This document shows positions 1 to 12,310 of a stretch of DNA of 64,000 nt, piece after piece. How positions within the stretch are numbered: the first letter of the stretch is position 1; every line of letters starts with the position of its first letter. Origin of the DNA: Lama guanicoe. Taxonomy: Eukaryota. The translations under genes were made by a program, and so were the position numbers. The DNA is taken from positions 19,737,082-19,801,081 of the forward strand of contig MU054323.1 of NCBI GenBank assembly GCA_013239625.1. Direction: 5' to 3'. The notes under the pieces were generated by a model that had not been told where the DNA came from, searched no databases, and saw only the letters and a list, made by a program, of their open reading frames with translations.

Positions 1-619
1 TCCATGTTTATTGTCCATGGAGAGGAAGCTGGGGCTGACCTGGGCCTGAGGCTACCAGGGACCAGGTGGGTAACCTGAAGGGAAGGACAGGGGTAGGTCA
101 CAGTGGTGGCCGGCACCTAGATCAAGGGGCAGATGCTATAAAATGACCCCTCAGCCAGTAAAATTCGTTTAAGAGAAAGCCACCCAAATTCCTCAGATGC
201 ACAAAACACATGATATAAGAAAGCTTTCAAAGGGGCCTTGTCCCTCAGGACCCCTTTGAGAGGGGTTAATTTCTGGGAGGCTGGAGTGGGCTTGGTTAGT
301 TAAATGGTTTCTATATTTTGGATCCTGGATGAAAACCTCTGCATCCAGGGGACGGACTGGTCTGCCCAGGAGGGCATCTGTGTGGGGACAGCTTCACCAT
401 TTGACCATGAAGATCAAATCATGTCAACCCAACAGAAGAGCTTCCAAAGTGGCTGTGCCTTTAAGGGCCAGACTGGTTTCTCTCAACCAAGCAAATTCCT
501 TTCCAGATAAAGTCCCATATTTCTCAGTTTTACATGACCTACCCACATGTAAAAGCACCCACGGATCCCTTTCCTTAGTGGATAATACTGTTTATAATAG
601 TATTAATAAAAGTCCACGC

Positions 620-838
620 TCACTGGGAGCTTACCTCCTGTCAAACATTTGTTCTAAGTGCTTTGTTAGAATTGGTTCTTTTAATACTCACGACAAACAT
701 GTGAAATAGGTATTATTGTCCCCATTCTATAGATGAGGAAACTGAGGCCCAGAGAAGTCACGCAACTTGCCCATTATAACAACAAAACTTAGCAGCCCTG
801 GGGTTTGAACCTAAACAGTGTGCCAGATTCTGGAGCCT
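620..838 (-). mobile_element. MIR SINE
   Basis: Core in reverse orientation: TATTATTGTCCCCATTCTATAGATGAGGAAACTGAGGCCCAGAGAAGTCACGCAACTTGCCC. Confidence 0.9.
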
Positions 839-2080
839 TCCGACCACAATACGGTGCTTCCCATTGGTCACCAGCTCCCCTGTCCTCATATCTATTCATA
901 GTGACCCCAAATCTAGGCCACACGGTATGGAGAGTCCACTGGGCCTTCAATGACTCACATCTGGAAAGCAGGCCCTTGTTTTCAAAACGCCTTCACGCCA
1001 CTTTCTCCCCTGGTCTTTACAGCTGGGTCTTTGTGGTCATCCTTGCCTTTCAGCAAGTGCTGTGGCCTGGGCGATGTGGGATACGTGGTTTATAGGCAAG
1101 GCCAGGCTTTATTCCGTGTCATGGGTCGGCTCCTTACGCCTGTGAGGGCAACACAGGCTTGGCATCTGAGAGAACGTGCCCGGAGGAAACGGCCCTGTCA
1201 GTGCGCAGGTACTCATTTAAACTCCAGACCCCGGTTTTTAAGACACACATCTGCAGTGGGCCTGTATATTGCGATAGATGAAAACAGAAATGGTTTTCCG
1301 TTGTATCTGTTATTATTAGATCTGACCTACCATCAAAAGAGCAAAGAAAGAGTGCAAAATTAAAGGTGATTTGATATTAGCCTCCTATCCATATTAGAAA
1401 ACGTAACTGCTCTTGTGGTTTTCCTCACAGAGGTGTCTTTATTCATTTGACATGCCTTTAATAACTAATTCTAGTTGTCTGGTTGCCAAGAAAGATTTCC
1501 TACAGGCAGACTTGAAAGTGACTCGGAACTCTTTGCATGCCCGGCTTCAAATGATCCCAGAACAGCAAACAGTCAGCTTCCCTCCAGACTTCTGAAGTGT
1601 GGGAATAACATGAAAGAATGAACAGTGTGCTTCGGCAGCCTGCACACGCTGGGAGTGGAGCTGGCTGGCAGAGCTGCGGCTGGGTCCGCATGGATCAGGC
1701 AGAGTGAGATTTGAAATAATCTCATGAACATGATCCATGGAGTCCACCGTACCGAATTATTTATTTCAAGAAAATAAATCTACTTTGGGGGCCAGAATGA
1801 CCCAGGTCAGTCCTACACAGACGGAGTTTTCCTCTGCCTGTGTAGACCTGGAGTGGGCAGAGAAAGACAGGGAAAACCGTCACGATTGCTCTCACAGGGT
1901 CACGACCAAAGATCACACACCATGACTCTGTATGAATATTCATTACCATGATTATTGATTCATCTACATATGCCAGGCTAAGTGGGCAACGTACATAATC
2001 TCACCTAATCCTCAAAACAACAACAATCCTACCTATGAGGTGTTTGTTCCCATTTCATAGATGAGAAAACTTGGTCTCTC

Positions 2081-2491
2081 TATAGAAAACAAACTTATGG
2101 TTACCAATGAGGAAAGCGGATGGGGGGGAGAGATAAATTAGGAGTCTGGGATTAGCAAATAGAGGCTACTATATATAAAATAGATAGACAACAAGGTCCT
2201 ACTATATCACACAAGGAACTATATTCAATACCCTATAATAGGGTGGAGGGTATAGCTTGATGGTAAAGCATGTGCTGAGCTTGCACGAGGTCCTGGGTTC
2301 AATCCCCAATACCTGCATTAAATAAATAAATAAACCTAATTACCTCTCCCCCCCTTAATTTTTTTTAAATCCTGTAATAAACCATAATGGAAAAGAATAT
2401 GTTTGTATCTGTATAGCTGAATCACTTTGCTGTACATGGGAAACTAACACAATATTGTAAATCAACTATACTACAATAAAAAAAAAAAAAA
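2081..2491 (+). mobile_element. 5'-truncated L1 3' UTR (artiodactyl type) with poly-A, interrupted by a SINE
   Basis: ATAGAAAACAAACTTATGGTTACC...GAATCACTTTGCTGTACA...ATTGTAAATCAACTATACTACAATAAA then poly-A; degenerate TSD AAAACTTGGTCTCT / AAAACTGAGCCTCT. Confidence 0.9.
2241..2366 (+). mobile_element. tRNA-Ala-derived camelid SINE (vic-1-like, long-tail form)
   Basis: GGAGGGTATAGCT...GCACGAGGTCCTGGGTTCAATCCCCAATACCT followed by AAATAAACCTAATTACCTC tail; TSD-like CCCTATAATA / TCCTGTAATA. Confidence 0.9.
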
Positions 2492-2564
2492 CTGAGCCTC
2501 TGAGAGGTTAAATGACCTGCCCAGGACACACAGCTGGGGAGGCAGAGGTCGGCTAGTTGTTCAT

Positions 2565-2940
2565 CAAGCATTTCCCTTTTCTTCCCGGCCTTACAGCTAG
2601 ATGTTTTTGCCAGGCTCCCTTGGAGGTAGATGCAAGCATACAACTCAATTCTGACCAATAGAAAGTGGGTGGAAGTGACATTAGTCTTTTCCAGTTCTGG
2701 CCCATAAAACCCGCCTGTACACAGTTCTCTCTTTTCTTACCCGATGGCTGGATGAGAGGAAGCTGAGGACCTAGGGGAGGGCAGAATCTGAATATGGAAG
2801 AATCCAGGATCCTCAATAACTGCTTTGTGCCCCTTCCTCGCCACTGTTTCTTCCAGGGACACTGATGTGAGCTGGAAATAATCCATTGTGTTAAACCACT
2901 GAAATCTGGCAATTGTTGGTTCCAGCAGAAAACCTAAACT
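2565..2940 (+). mobile_element. ERVL solo LTR, LTR16-like
   Basis: CCAGGCTCCCTTGGAGGTAGA...TTCTGACCAATAGAAAGTGGGTGGAAGTGA and 3' end GAAATAATCCATTGTGTTAAACCACTGAAATCTGG. Confidence 0.7.
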
Positions 2941-3059
2941 CTAGGACTGCGAAGTCTGTGCTCTTAGCCCCTTCCTTGTCTGGAACTGCACTAGGTCTGA
3001 TCAACCCTCCCCAGGGGGCATTAGGACCCTCTAACTTCTTTTCCTGCTCTACTCTACTA

Positions 3060-4090
3060 GGCCTGAGGTGATGATTTCTTAGCTTTCCACATTCCTATCT
3101 ATGCAGACACATTCCTGGTTTTTGAGAATCTGATCAAGGCTACTCTTTCTATCTCTCGGTTAATCCCTGCCCCCATGGGGCTCCAGGCCTCTTGATGGTC
3201 TGTGATTTCTGTCCCACATGCACACATCAAATCAGTCACTAGTGTCTCTTCCGCCCCTGCCCTCTCTTTCCTCAGCCAGGGCTCTGTTCTGGCCCTCATC
3301 ATGTCTCACCTGGTGTGATCATAACACCCTCCAAACGTGTCTCTTCCCCTCCTTCCCATCGTCCTATTGCCTCCAAAAAGGGATCTTCCTAAAATAGATC
3401 CGGTCCCAGCAGCCCCTGCATTTTCCCATGTAACGTCTAACAGCAATAAAAATGCAAATGTCCTTTGACCAAGCAATTCCCTGTCTGTGAATTTACAGAA
3501 ATGCACACAAAGTGATTTACATGAAAGGATATTCACTGCGTTCTTGTTTGAAGTAGCAAAAGACTGGAAACACCAGAAATCCTTCAGCGGAGTCTAATTA
3601 AACTATGGAACACAATGAGTTTTACTTAAAAACCTCCAAGATCTATGGTTAAGTATGATGAGAAAAAATACAGATGCTTGTATACAACATGTTAATATTC
3701 GTGTTTAAAAAGTATTGGGGAGATACATTCCCATAGGTTTGTAAAGACATGGAATGTCTCTGACAGAATGCACAAGAAACTGGTATAGCATTTGCTTCCG
3801 GAGAGGGAACTGAGTGACCAGCAAACAGGGATGGGAGGGAGACACTTTTCAAGAATATGTTTGTACTGTTTGAAGATTTCACCTTGTACGTGTATTATTT
3901 TAAAACACTCACATAAAATGTGACTTTCTAGTGCTTATTTGATAAAGTCCAAACCCTTTAGTATGGAAGGTAAGACTCTCCAAATTCTGGCTCTAGCATG
4001 TTTTTCCTGTGGGCTCTCTCACTGTGCCACCCTGTTCCCGGAACATCCCTCGTACTCCCCCATCTCCGTGCCTTTGTTTAGGGCACTCCC
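3060..4090 (+). mobile_element. L2 fragments (~3060-3420, ~3920-4090) interrupted by an old L1
   Basis: Pyrimidine-rich L2 body (CCCTCATCATGTCTCACCTGG; GATAAAGTCCAAACCCTTTAGTATGG). Confidence 0.6.
3445..3915 (+). mobile_element. old L1 (L1ME/L1MC class) 3' fragment
   Basis: CCTTTGACCAAGCAATTCC...GGATATTCACTGC...GTAGCAAAAGACTGGAAACA. Confidence 0.7.
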
Positions 4091-5190
4091 TCTCCTGGAA
4101 AGTCCCGTCCCTGATGGGCAGGAGCTAATCTCATCTGTTATCTCCTTCATTTTCTTTTATAACTTTATATTAACCGCGGCCCTGGATCCCAGCTTGCCGT
4201 ATGTTAGAGGCAGGTGTCTTTCTCTTCTACAGGGTGGTATATCTTACACATGGAAAGTGGTCGAAACATGCCAGTGCCTTGAACCAAATTTATAATTCCA
4301 AATGTCTCAGCCACAGCTTCTAAGCATGGCTGGGAAGGGGGCAAGGGATGAAGCCTCACCCCTGCCCCCAGGTACAGAGAAGGATCTGGAATCTACCCCA
4401 TCAGGCTCGGGGCTGGACAAGGTCAATAACACATCTCAGTCTGGGACATTCTACAGAGATGGACCTTCTTCCTCTAGCTCACTCTCAAAGTCACCCCCCT
4501 CCTCATCTCTTCATCCAAAGACTCACCAAGTCAATGGTGCTCGGGACTGAGCATTGGCTCTGCAAAATCAGACAGGGGCGAGAGAGAGACGTCCATTGCC
4601 CTGGACCACAGTCTGGGGTTTAAACTCAGTTGTCACAATTATTTGAAGCCTATTAAGTTTATTTATGTTCCAAAGCAGGTCCACTAGAGAAGGACCATCA
4701 TAGTCGTAAATATCAGGGCTGCTGTTCTGCAGACACAGCTGGGCCCGTGGGCCCCTCCCCTTCTCAGCTCTGCAGGCCCCGCTTAGAGGCACGAGCCCTG
4801 CGCTCGGATGCAGTACAGTGCCCGCACCTTCTCTGACCAGTTCTGTCATCTCAGCCGGCACCACACGTGCTGCTTCTATACATTTTGGTTCGTGACACTT
4901 CGTGTCTGACCAAGACTCAGCTATCCGTGGGACAGATGATGTCTTCCAGTCCTGCTCAGGTCAAACACATAAGGGTCAGGAGCCCAGGGGTTCAGACTTT
5001 CTCCTCAAAGAACCACGGGAACCTCAGGATGGGCATTGAACCCCAAGCACATCCGGAGCCCCTTCTAACCCAATCTGGAAGTCTGTAAGAGAACAAAGGA
5101 CCGCTGCACATTTCCCCCGAGTTCTTGGCTGTGTGAGGCTTTCATTTCACCCACCAGGGTGGGTTGGAGGAGACCATGTAGTCCTAAAAG

Positions 5191-5485
5191 CAGTATTTTC
5201 AAGCATATTCCACTGTACACTGGTCTTATAAGATTCTCCATGAAAAAATAAAGGCGATCCTGTGGTCAAAAAAATTTACAAAACACTGAATATTCATTAC
5301 ATCTTCCTCCGGGGAGATTCACAATGCACATTTGCATGTTAAAGGCTCTGAGAAGTCCTGCAGTAAAGAAATGTGCTTAACCCAGTGTGCTCTAAACATG
5401 CTTGATGAAAGAATCCTTTTTCTGGTGATCCCTATGAACATCACTTGATAGAAGTGTTACATGGAGTACATTTGGGGAAAAGCTG
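5191..5485. mobile_element. non-autonomous hAT-Charlie-type DNA transposon
   Basis: Imperfect TIRs CAGTATTTTCAAGCATATTCC / GGAGTACATTTGGGGAAAAGCTG; internal AAAGGCTCTGAGAAGTCCTGCAGTAAAGAAA motif. Confidence 0.7.
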
Positions 5486-5596
5486 CTTTTAGAGACGTGT
5501 AAGTTCCTCCCATCCCTTCTTAGCATAGCCTAAGAGGAGAAACTTCTCTAACTTCCCCTCGCCTGATCAATCAGAGAATGTTCTGTTGGTTTCCGG

Positions 5597-5755
5597 CAGT
5601 AGTTGTCAAAATGTGGTCCCTGGATTAGCAGCACCTTTGAATTTGCTAGAATTGCAAATTCTCAGACTCCAACTGAACTGAATACTGGAGTGAGGTCCAG
5701 CAGTCTGTGTTTTAACAAGCCCTCCAGCTAATTTGGATGCAAACCGTTAGTCTGG
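5597..5755. mobile_element. MER5A (hAT-Charlie MITE)
   Basis: CAGTAGTTGTCAAAATGTGGTCCCTGGATTAGCAGCA...GCAAATTCTCAG...TCTGTGTTTTAACAAGCCCTCCAG. Confidence 0.85.
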
Positions 5756-5989
5756 GGTTTTGGAACTCCCTTTCACCAAACAGGTCCTATTCTACCTCAT
5801 TCATTTTCTGGACCTGTTTTTATTTATACCATGCCCAATTCCAAAAAGGAAGGGTTATGAACAGCCAGTACTAAAATACTCATACACTAGCACAATTATA
5901 AAACACATTTACAGAAAAACACTCTTCCTTCCAATAGTTCCACGCACCCCATCCAGGTCCTCAACCGTTTCCAAAATGTCGATCTCCCC

Positions 5990-6202
5990 CCAAGCCCTCC
6001 CTACTCCCTTTCCTCCTCTATTGTCTTGTTCTCCTTAGCACCGATTACCACTTAATATACTGTAAGTTTTTATATTTATTTTCTTGCTCTCACCTAAAAT
6101 ATAAACTCCACGGGAGCAGGGCTTTTCACCTATTTTGTCCCCTGCTTTCTCCCCAGCGTGAGAATGCCTCCTGCCTTAATACGTATTTGTTCAAGGAGTG
6201 AA
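5990..6202 (+). mobile_element. L2 3' end
   Basis: AAAATATAAACTCCACGGGAGCAGGG...TATTTTGTCCCCTGCT...TATTTGTTCAAGGAGTGAA. Confidence 0.8.
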
Positions 6203-6539
6203 GCGTCTCATAAGGAAACAGGTGAGGGCCATTGCCGGGATTAAACAGAGTTTCACTGGAGTTTCTTGGCAGGCACAGTTCAGAGATCCCTTTATCTAAC
6301 AACAGGAAATCAGACCCTCCAGAGAAGGACAGAAATTGCGAGACCCTCCTTTTAGTCCTGGGGGCTCCTTGTGGGTAACAGAGCTATTCCTGGAGGCTCT
6401 GCCACTGATGGCTGGTGTCAGAGCCACGAGAGACTAGCTTCTGAGGGGGAACTTTCTCTTCTCTCTCCAGTGAGAAATGGGCAGCCTCCCGCCCACAGAT
6501 GTCTGGGCTGCACTCACCTCCTGACAGGAGAAGCAAAAG

Positions 6540-7480
6540 GACACGAATGACAGGAAACTCTGCTCATTTTATCAGCTTTGTAGGTTACCTGCGGCGGGGC
6601 CTGAGGGGAGGAGGAGTGGGGCCAGCGTTCGACCAGATTGAGTTCTTTTTCAACAGGCTGGAAGGGCAGCCCCCACCTGGGAAGAATGTATCCAGCACTG
6701 ATAAATTTATAAAGTATTTGACCTTTAATCAATCCTAATATTTTCAATCCACAGAGTCTTCTTAAACGCCTGCCGCCCTGCCCCTGGACCCCTATTCATC
6801 ACAATTACTGCTCCAACTGTCGGAGGCAGTGCATGAAACGGCGCACGCTGACGTCCAATATTTTATCACTAATAAAGAGAAACATCCCAAGTATTTGCAC
6901 AGTTCTGATCCTTTCCAGCCCCGAGCCCAGGAAAAGGGGGAGCATGGTGATTTATGCTCACTGCCCGGCATTGTTAATTGGTCTTCTCAGCTGGGGCCTC
7001 TGCCACAGACTGGGGAGGTGGGGAGCTGCAAGCCGGCTGGGTGCAGCAGGAGGCCTGGGAGGGGCCTGCAGAGCACCCAGTAGGCCCTTCCTCGGCATCT
7101 GGTAAGTGGTGTGAAATGCTATAAAGGGTGATTTTTTTAAATCACGATTTGGCAAGGGCTGGCCTACACTGGCGGCTGTGTAAACAGATGCATTGTTTAT
7201 GAGGAATCTTGTTCCAGTTGTTGCCAAGGCTGTGATCCACCCTCGCTTCCATGTCTCGCCTTCCCGCTCCCCCCCCCCATCCTCAGGCTGCGTCTGCCGC
7301 CCAACCCCAGCCCTGTCCCTTCTCAGCTCGCAGGCCCTCCCTCTTGGCCTCCCAGCTCCAAGCAGAGGGGAGCTCAGTTTCCAGCCACAGTGTTCAGACG
7401 GCCCACAGGCTGCGTCTACATGGCACCCAAACATCTGGATGAAATGTAAATAAAACAAGCAGCTGTTTCTCTGTCATTAT
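6540..7480. promoter_or_regulatory. candidate conserved enhancer block
   Basis: Repeat-free. Motifs TGACCTTT (6719), TAATCAATC (6726), PBX-HOX-type TGATTTATG (6948) and E-box CAGCTG (7460), with retained CpGs. Function is inferred only. Confidence 0.45.
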
Positions 7481-8099
7481 AGCAGGTGCCTTGGCAGAGC
7501 CCTCTGCCTCAGGCTCTAAGGGAAGGGCTTTCTGGCATCCAGGGCCCAGAGCAGGTTGGGGGAAGGGGGGAGGGCTGCACACTCCTTATCAAGGAGCTGG
7601 TCACTCCAGCCTCCCAGAGAGGAATGAGCAAAGAAAGCCAGACACCTCTAGAAAAAAAGGTGTTGGCAACAGACAATGGCGTCTGTGTGGACAGGATGGA
7701 AGTTTTGGGAACTGAGGGGGCAGGAGGAGGGCCGGGGGGAGAGAGGTCCTGATGCAAATCACTGGGGGTAAGTGTTGGTGCCAAATCCCTCTTTAATTTC
7801 ATTGTGACAAAGTGTTTTCTGAGCTGCCACATTCCACACCACTGCCGTCCAGGGGAAGGGACTGTCCTGAAGAAACAAGAAATAGCCTCCTCCATACCCC
7901 AGGGGCTAAGATGCAGGAGAAATGGGGCTTAGAAAGCAGCACAAAACTCCCCCTTTTCACCTCCTGTTCTAACAGAAGACCAAGGAGCAGTCACATCAGA
8001 CTAGTAAAGGGGGGTTAAGATACTTGTGAAAGGGATAATTGAGGAAGGACAGTGGGACAGAGGACCAGAGACAAAAGTCATTGATTACCACTTGTTACC

Positions 8100-8470
8100 C
8101 ATCACTCCTTCTAACCTCTCCACCCTGGCTCTGTGCCACACTAACACACTCCCCCAGCCCCATGAGTAACACTGAACACCCTTCCCCGTCCTTTCCCCTA
8201 AGCCCCCAGCCCTGTGCTTGACACTAAAAACACCCTCCCAGCCCTCTGCCCCAGGTGTAACCCCAACACACTCTCCCCTCCTGACGCCACTCCTTTAGTC
8301 CCTGTATGCACCACTGAACACAGTCCCCCAGTCCCGTCCCCCACTCCCCCAGCCTGGATGGAACACTGATACCCACTCTTAGTCCTCTCCTGGTCCCCAG
8401 TGTTGGGAGTGACACTAACACAGTCCCCTGTCCCGTCCCCCACTCTCCTGCACGTACACTCCCTTGGCAC
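8100..8470. repeat. degenerate C-rich minisatellite-like tract
   Basis: Recurring AACACT/ACACT and a repeated CACAGTCCCC(C/T)..GTCCCGTCCCC unit at ~8319 and ~8419. Confidence 0.5.
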
Positions 8471-9493
8471 CGCCATAGCCCTTCTGTGTCAAACCAAACA
8501 CATTCCTCAGGGGCGCCTTCCTTAGAAGCAGCTTTTTTACCCCAGTAACCTACAGTGGGACCCTACAGTGATCCTTTGCCCCCCAGCCCAGCATGCACAA
8601 ACAAGCATCGTTGTGTGTGAGTCTGAGTGTGTGTCTTTGTGTGTTGGAAATGCCACAATCAGAGGGTTGCCACCCCAATTCCCCCATCCATCTGTTGATT
8701 ATTGGATTTTGTGCCAGAGGCAAACGTTTTCCATCAACCTCGGTGTTACTATATGTGAAACTGAGCTACAATTCAACATCCAGCTCTCCGGAGCTCTCCA
8801 GTACCCAGGGGAACAGGTCTGATTTCCACAGGACATTGAGAATTCAGCCACTGGACTGTGGTTGGGACCAGGTGAGGCACAAAGACGGAAGGAGATTATA
8901 CTTTGGTAGAGAAGGAACTTTTTCCTTTTGTTTTCGTCCTTTTTTAAAAAATGAAACTGAAGTAGCCAAGCAATGCCCCAAGGCTGTGGGTTTTTCAAGC
9001 AAAGGCTCTCCCCTGCTCCCCGATAACCACAGCGACCCCAGAAAGAAATGAAGGGCTTCCTCTCACATTTTGGGGGGAGGGAGTAGGAATCAAACACAAA
9101 GAAAACTGAAGTCTGGGTGATCCAAGCCCCCTTCCCCCAAGTAGCCTGGCTATTCAGCATCATGGGTTAGAAGTTTATAGGAATTCTGGATCCATGGTTT
9201 CCTATGGTCGCTTTTACAGATCTTGTTAATTTATTACCCGTGGTTACACTTTTAATGGAAATCATGAAGAAATGGTAAAGGAAACATGAGCTAATTTTTT
9301 TCCAGTGACACATTTCACTGCTATTTAAATAGCCGTTTTGCCAAACCAAACACAGCGCTTACAGCCAGCGGTGACACATGAAGGAGATGACTGTGGCCGA
9401 TCCTGCCCGCGGCATCCAGAACAGGCGAGACTTTCTCTCAGCTTCCCTAAGGGCCTGACGCCAAGGAGGGGTGGGTGGACTGGAGGCGGTGGT

Positions 9494-9698
9494 NNNNNNN
9501 NNNNNNNNNNNNNNNNNNNNNNNNNNNNNNNNNNNNNNNNNNNNNNNNNNNNNNNNNNNNNNNNNNNNNNNNNNNNNNNNNNNNNNNNNNNNNNNNNNNN
9601 NNNNNNNNNNNNNNNNNNNNNNNNNNNNNNNNNNNNNNNNNNNNNNNNNNNNNNNNNNNNNNNNNNNNNNNNNNNNNNNNNNNNNNNNNNNNNNNNNN
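9494..9698. other. assembly gap (205 N)
   Basis: Run of N flanked by GC/CpG-rich sequence. Confidence 0.99.
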
Positions 9699-10174
9699 GG
9701 AGCCGGGGGCACAGCTGGAGCCCCACAGCCTGTCGATCGCAGCTCCCACCCTCTCCCAGGCAAAGCTGCTTCTCTCTGCCTGGAGCCCACTCCTCACCAT
9801 CCACATCCCCAAAGGGCCCTGAGGTGACTGTTTCCCTGGCAGCTTGGGAGGCCCCCCAGAGTGGGCCACAGCCAGGCCACAAGCAAAGGCTGTCTGGCTC
9901 TCACTGCTGGATGATTTGCTCAGGCCTCTAACTGGGAACATTATCGGGTTGTATAAAACCAGAGATAGACTTTGGGGAAAGGCTGGCCAGCTTTGTTTCA
10001 GTTCTGGGGTGGTGGTGGCCATGACCGTGACCATGCCTGCACAGGGCGCCTTTGTTGGGCAAACCCAGAGCCTCCAGCTTCTCAGAAACATTAGCCTCTG
10101 ACGCTTTCTTGCTTCCCGGCTCTGGGGCTGTGATGTCACCCAGCATTTATTTGCTTTTCAAAAAGCTGATTGAT

Positions 10175-10381
10175 AGTGCACAGTGGAAAGCTGCCAGCAG
10201 GGTACATCTTCAAAGCTCTCAACACAAGAAAAAAATTTTTGTAACTTTGTGTGGTGATGGGTGGTAACTAGAATGATGGTGGTGATAATTTCACAGTGTG
10301 TACAAGGATCGAACCCTTGCTTGTATACCTGAAACTAATATAATGTTATACATCAATTACACCTCAATTAAAAAAAAAAAA
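10175..10381 (+). mobile_element. L1 3' end (L1MA9-like) with poly-A
   Basis: TCTCAACACAAGAAAAAAATTTTTGTAACTTTGTGTGGTGATGG...TATACCTGAAACTAATATAATGTTATACATCAATTACACCTCAATT then poly-A. Confidence 0.9.
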
Positions 10382-11859
10382 GATGAAGCAGCAGCCAAAT
10401 GAGAGCTGCAGCATTTGGAGAGAGAGAAGCCAGGCTCTGAGATGCTGGAGAAGGGAGCAGGCCCACAGAGGCTCTGGCAATAGCGGGTGCAGTTGGCAGT
10501 GGAGGAGGAAACACTTCTTTGCAGCCACTGTGTCAGAACCTCCCAAGGATTTAAAAATGCAGTAGGATGGAGGGAAGCGAAGCTCTCAGGGGCTGACATC
10601 TGGCCTTTGGGGACCCTGGATCAGCTGTCAACCTCGGGGGACCCATGAGAGCCCTGTGGCACTGACATTCTCACTTCGAGCTCCTCTGATGAACAGCGGG
10701 GGTGCAGGGGCGGTGATTCTAGAAGCAGAGGATGAGGAGAGAGCATTCTGGAGGAACCAGCAGGAATTGGAGTTTCAGCCCCACCCGGGTCCCACTAGAT
10801 GTTGAACAAGCGGGATTGCCTGTCTCTCCCCACAGCAGGATGCTCTGTGGCCCCCCAAACCCCCTGCAAGGTGAGCAGAACCCCCGTCAAGGTGGGCTGA
10901 GCAGAGGGGCTGTGACAGAATTCGGGCGGCGGGCCTGCTGGCATACTGGGAGAAACCACTCTCCCTCTTCTATTTTCCAGGGAGAAAACCTGCTTTAGTG
11001 AGGCTCCGGAGAGAAGTTAACTGTCGTCTTCCCTTTGCCAAAAAGTATATTAAATTCACTGACCGCATTTTTCCAACCCTGAGTGCAGAGGACATTAGAT
11101 GCAATGCATACTGGCTGGGCTCTGGTACGCTGGGCACCCCACACATTTCATTTTGCATTATTAAGATTTAAACCAAAGCAGCTGTTCTCTGCACACACAG
11201 AGCCCAGAGGCTGCCCAAGGTTCCTATGAAGACTTCTCCCAGGGGCCAGATGCACCACTTAGGAAGCCCCTTGGCGATCCTCAGGGCTAGGGTCTCCTGG
11301 GGCAAATTTCCCCAAGCAGCTATTCGTTGATCTGCAGTGACATTTCTGGGACATTTCTGAGCCAGGGTGCTTGGAGGTTTATTGTCAAGAGCAGATTCTA
11401 TTGATCTGGCTTAGCTAAGATTCAGTGGGCCCGCCCTGAGCAGATTTTTGAGAGGGGTGAAAGGATCTCTTTAAAACACTGGCTTCCCCTTCTGAGTCCT
11501 CGGCCCCCAGGCGAGGTCCCCACGGCTTTCACGCGTTCTCCCCAATTCTCTCCTCCTTCAAAACTAGAACAACTCTCATCCCAAGCTTCTGCATCTTGGA
11601 TCCCGGGGTCCTCGTCGTGGGCATTCGCACCTTAAAGCCTCATTGCTAAGCCTGGATAGGGGACTCCTGCCTGGGTTTGGGGGACAGCCTCTCAGGCACT
11701 GCTCCACAGGCTGCTGTACAAAGCCCCTTCCCACCCTGCCTCAGCCCTTTCACCCTTAGGCCCCCATGCTCCAGCCACCTGGGGCTGCTCTGGCTCCCAG
11801 ACTCACTAAACATCATCCTTCCATAGACCATCTGCTGTGTCTACTTGCCTTTGAAGTTC

Positions 11860-12310
11860 CAGAACAAATGTCACCTCCTCTCTGCCACCGCCCCTCCCCC
11901 ATCCCAGGATGAACTAATTACTTACTCCCCTCTCCACCTGCAACACTTAATGTTCTACTCTCTCTGCATACATCTCATTATGTTGTAAGCCTCTTGTTCC
12001 ATACTTATAAGAACAAATATTTATTGAGCACTTTCTATGTACATGATGCTTTAAAGTAGCCTTATGTATCATATAATTCTCACAGTAACCCTATGAGATG
12101 GGTTCTATAATTATCTCCACTTCACAGATGAAAAAACTGAGGCTTAAGATGGTGAGTAGCTTGGCCAAGGTTTCATAACTAGGAAGTATCTGTTTCCCCC
12201 AGAAACTGCAAACTCCTTTAAGAAGAGGCTATGACTTGTACCTCCAGGGCCTACATAACACGCTATCTCATTAGTGGTGTTCGAAACAGGTTTGTTGAAA
12301 TGAAAATAAG
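11860..12310 (+). mobile_element. L2 3' fragment interrupted by a MIR
   Basis: CAAATGTCACCTCCTC ... resumes TCTGTTTCCCCCAGAAACTGCAAACTCC...TTTGTTGAAATGAA. Confidence 0.6.
12010..12188 (-). mobile_element. MIR SINE
   Basis: ATTTATTGAGCACTTTCTATGT...TCTCACAGTAACCCTATGAG...CACTTCACAGATGAAAAAACTGAGGCTTA. Confidence 0.9.

Larger units (their letters stand above)
1950..2545 (-). mobile_element. MIR SINE split by an L1 insertion (pieces ~1950-2080 and ~2488-2545)
   Basis: CCCATTTCATAGATGAGAAAACT ... resumes AAACTGAGCCTCTGAGAGGTTAAATGACCTGCCCAGGACACACAGCT after the L1 poly-A. Confidence 0.85.

Noticed and set aside
9325..10139. Long overlapping ORFs (up to 230 aa)
   Set aside because: Open only because they run through 205 Ns; the flanking translations show no recognisable homology
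7457..11186. Repeated AAGCAGCTGTT..CTCTG at 7457 and 11176 (GCAGCTGTT also at 34394)
   Set aside because: An 11-mer match is expected by chance in 64 kb; kept only as E-box motifs
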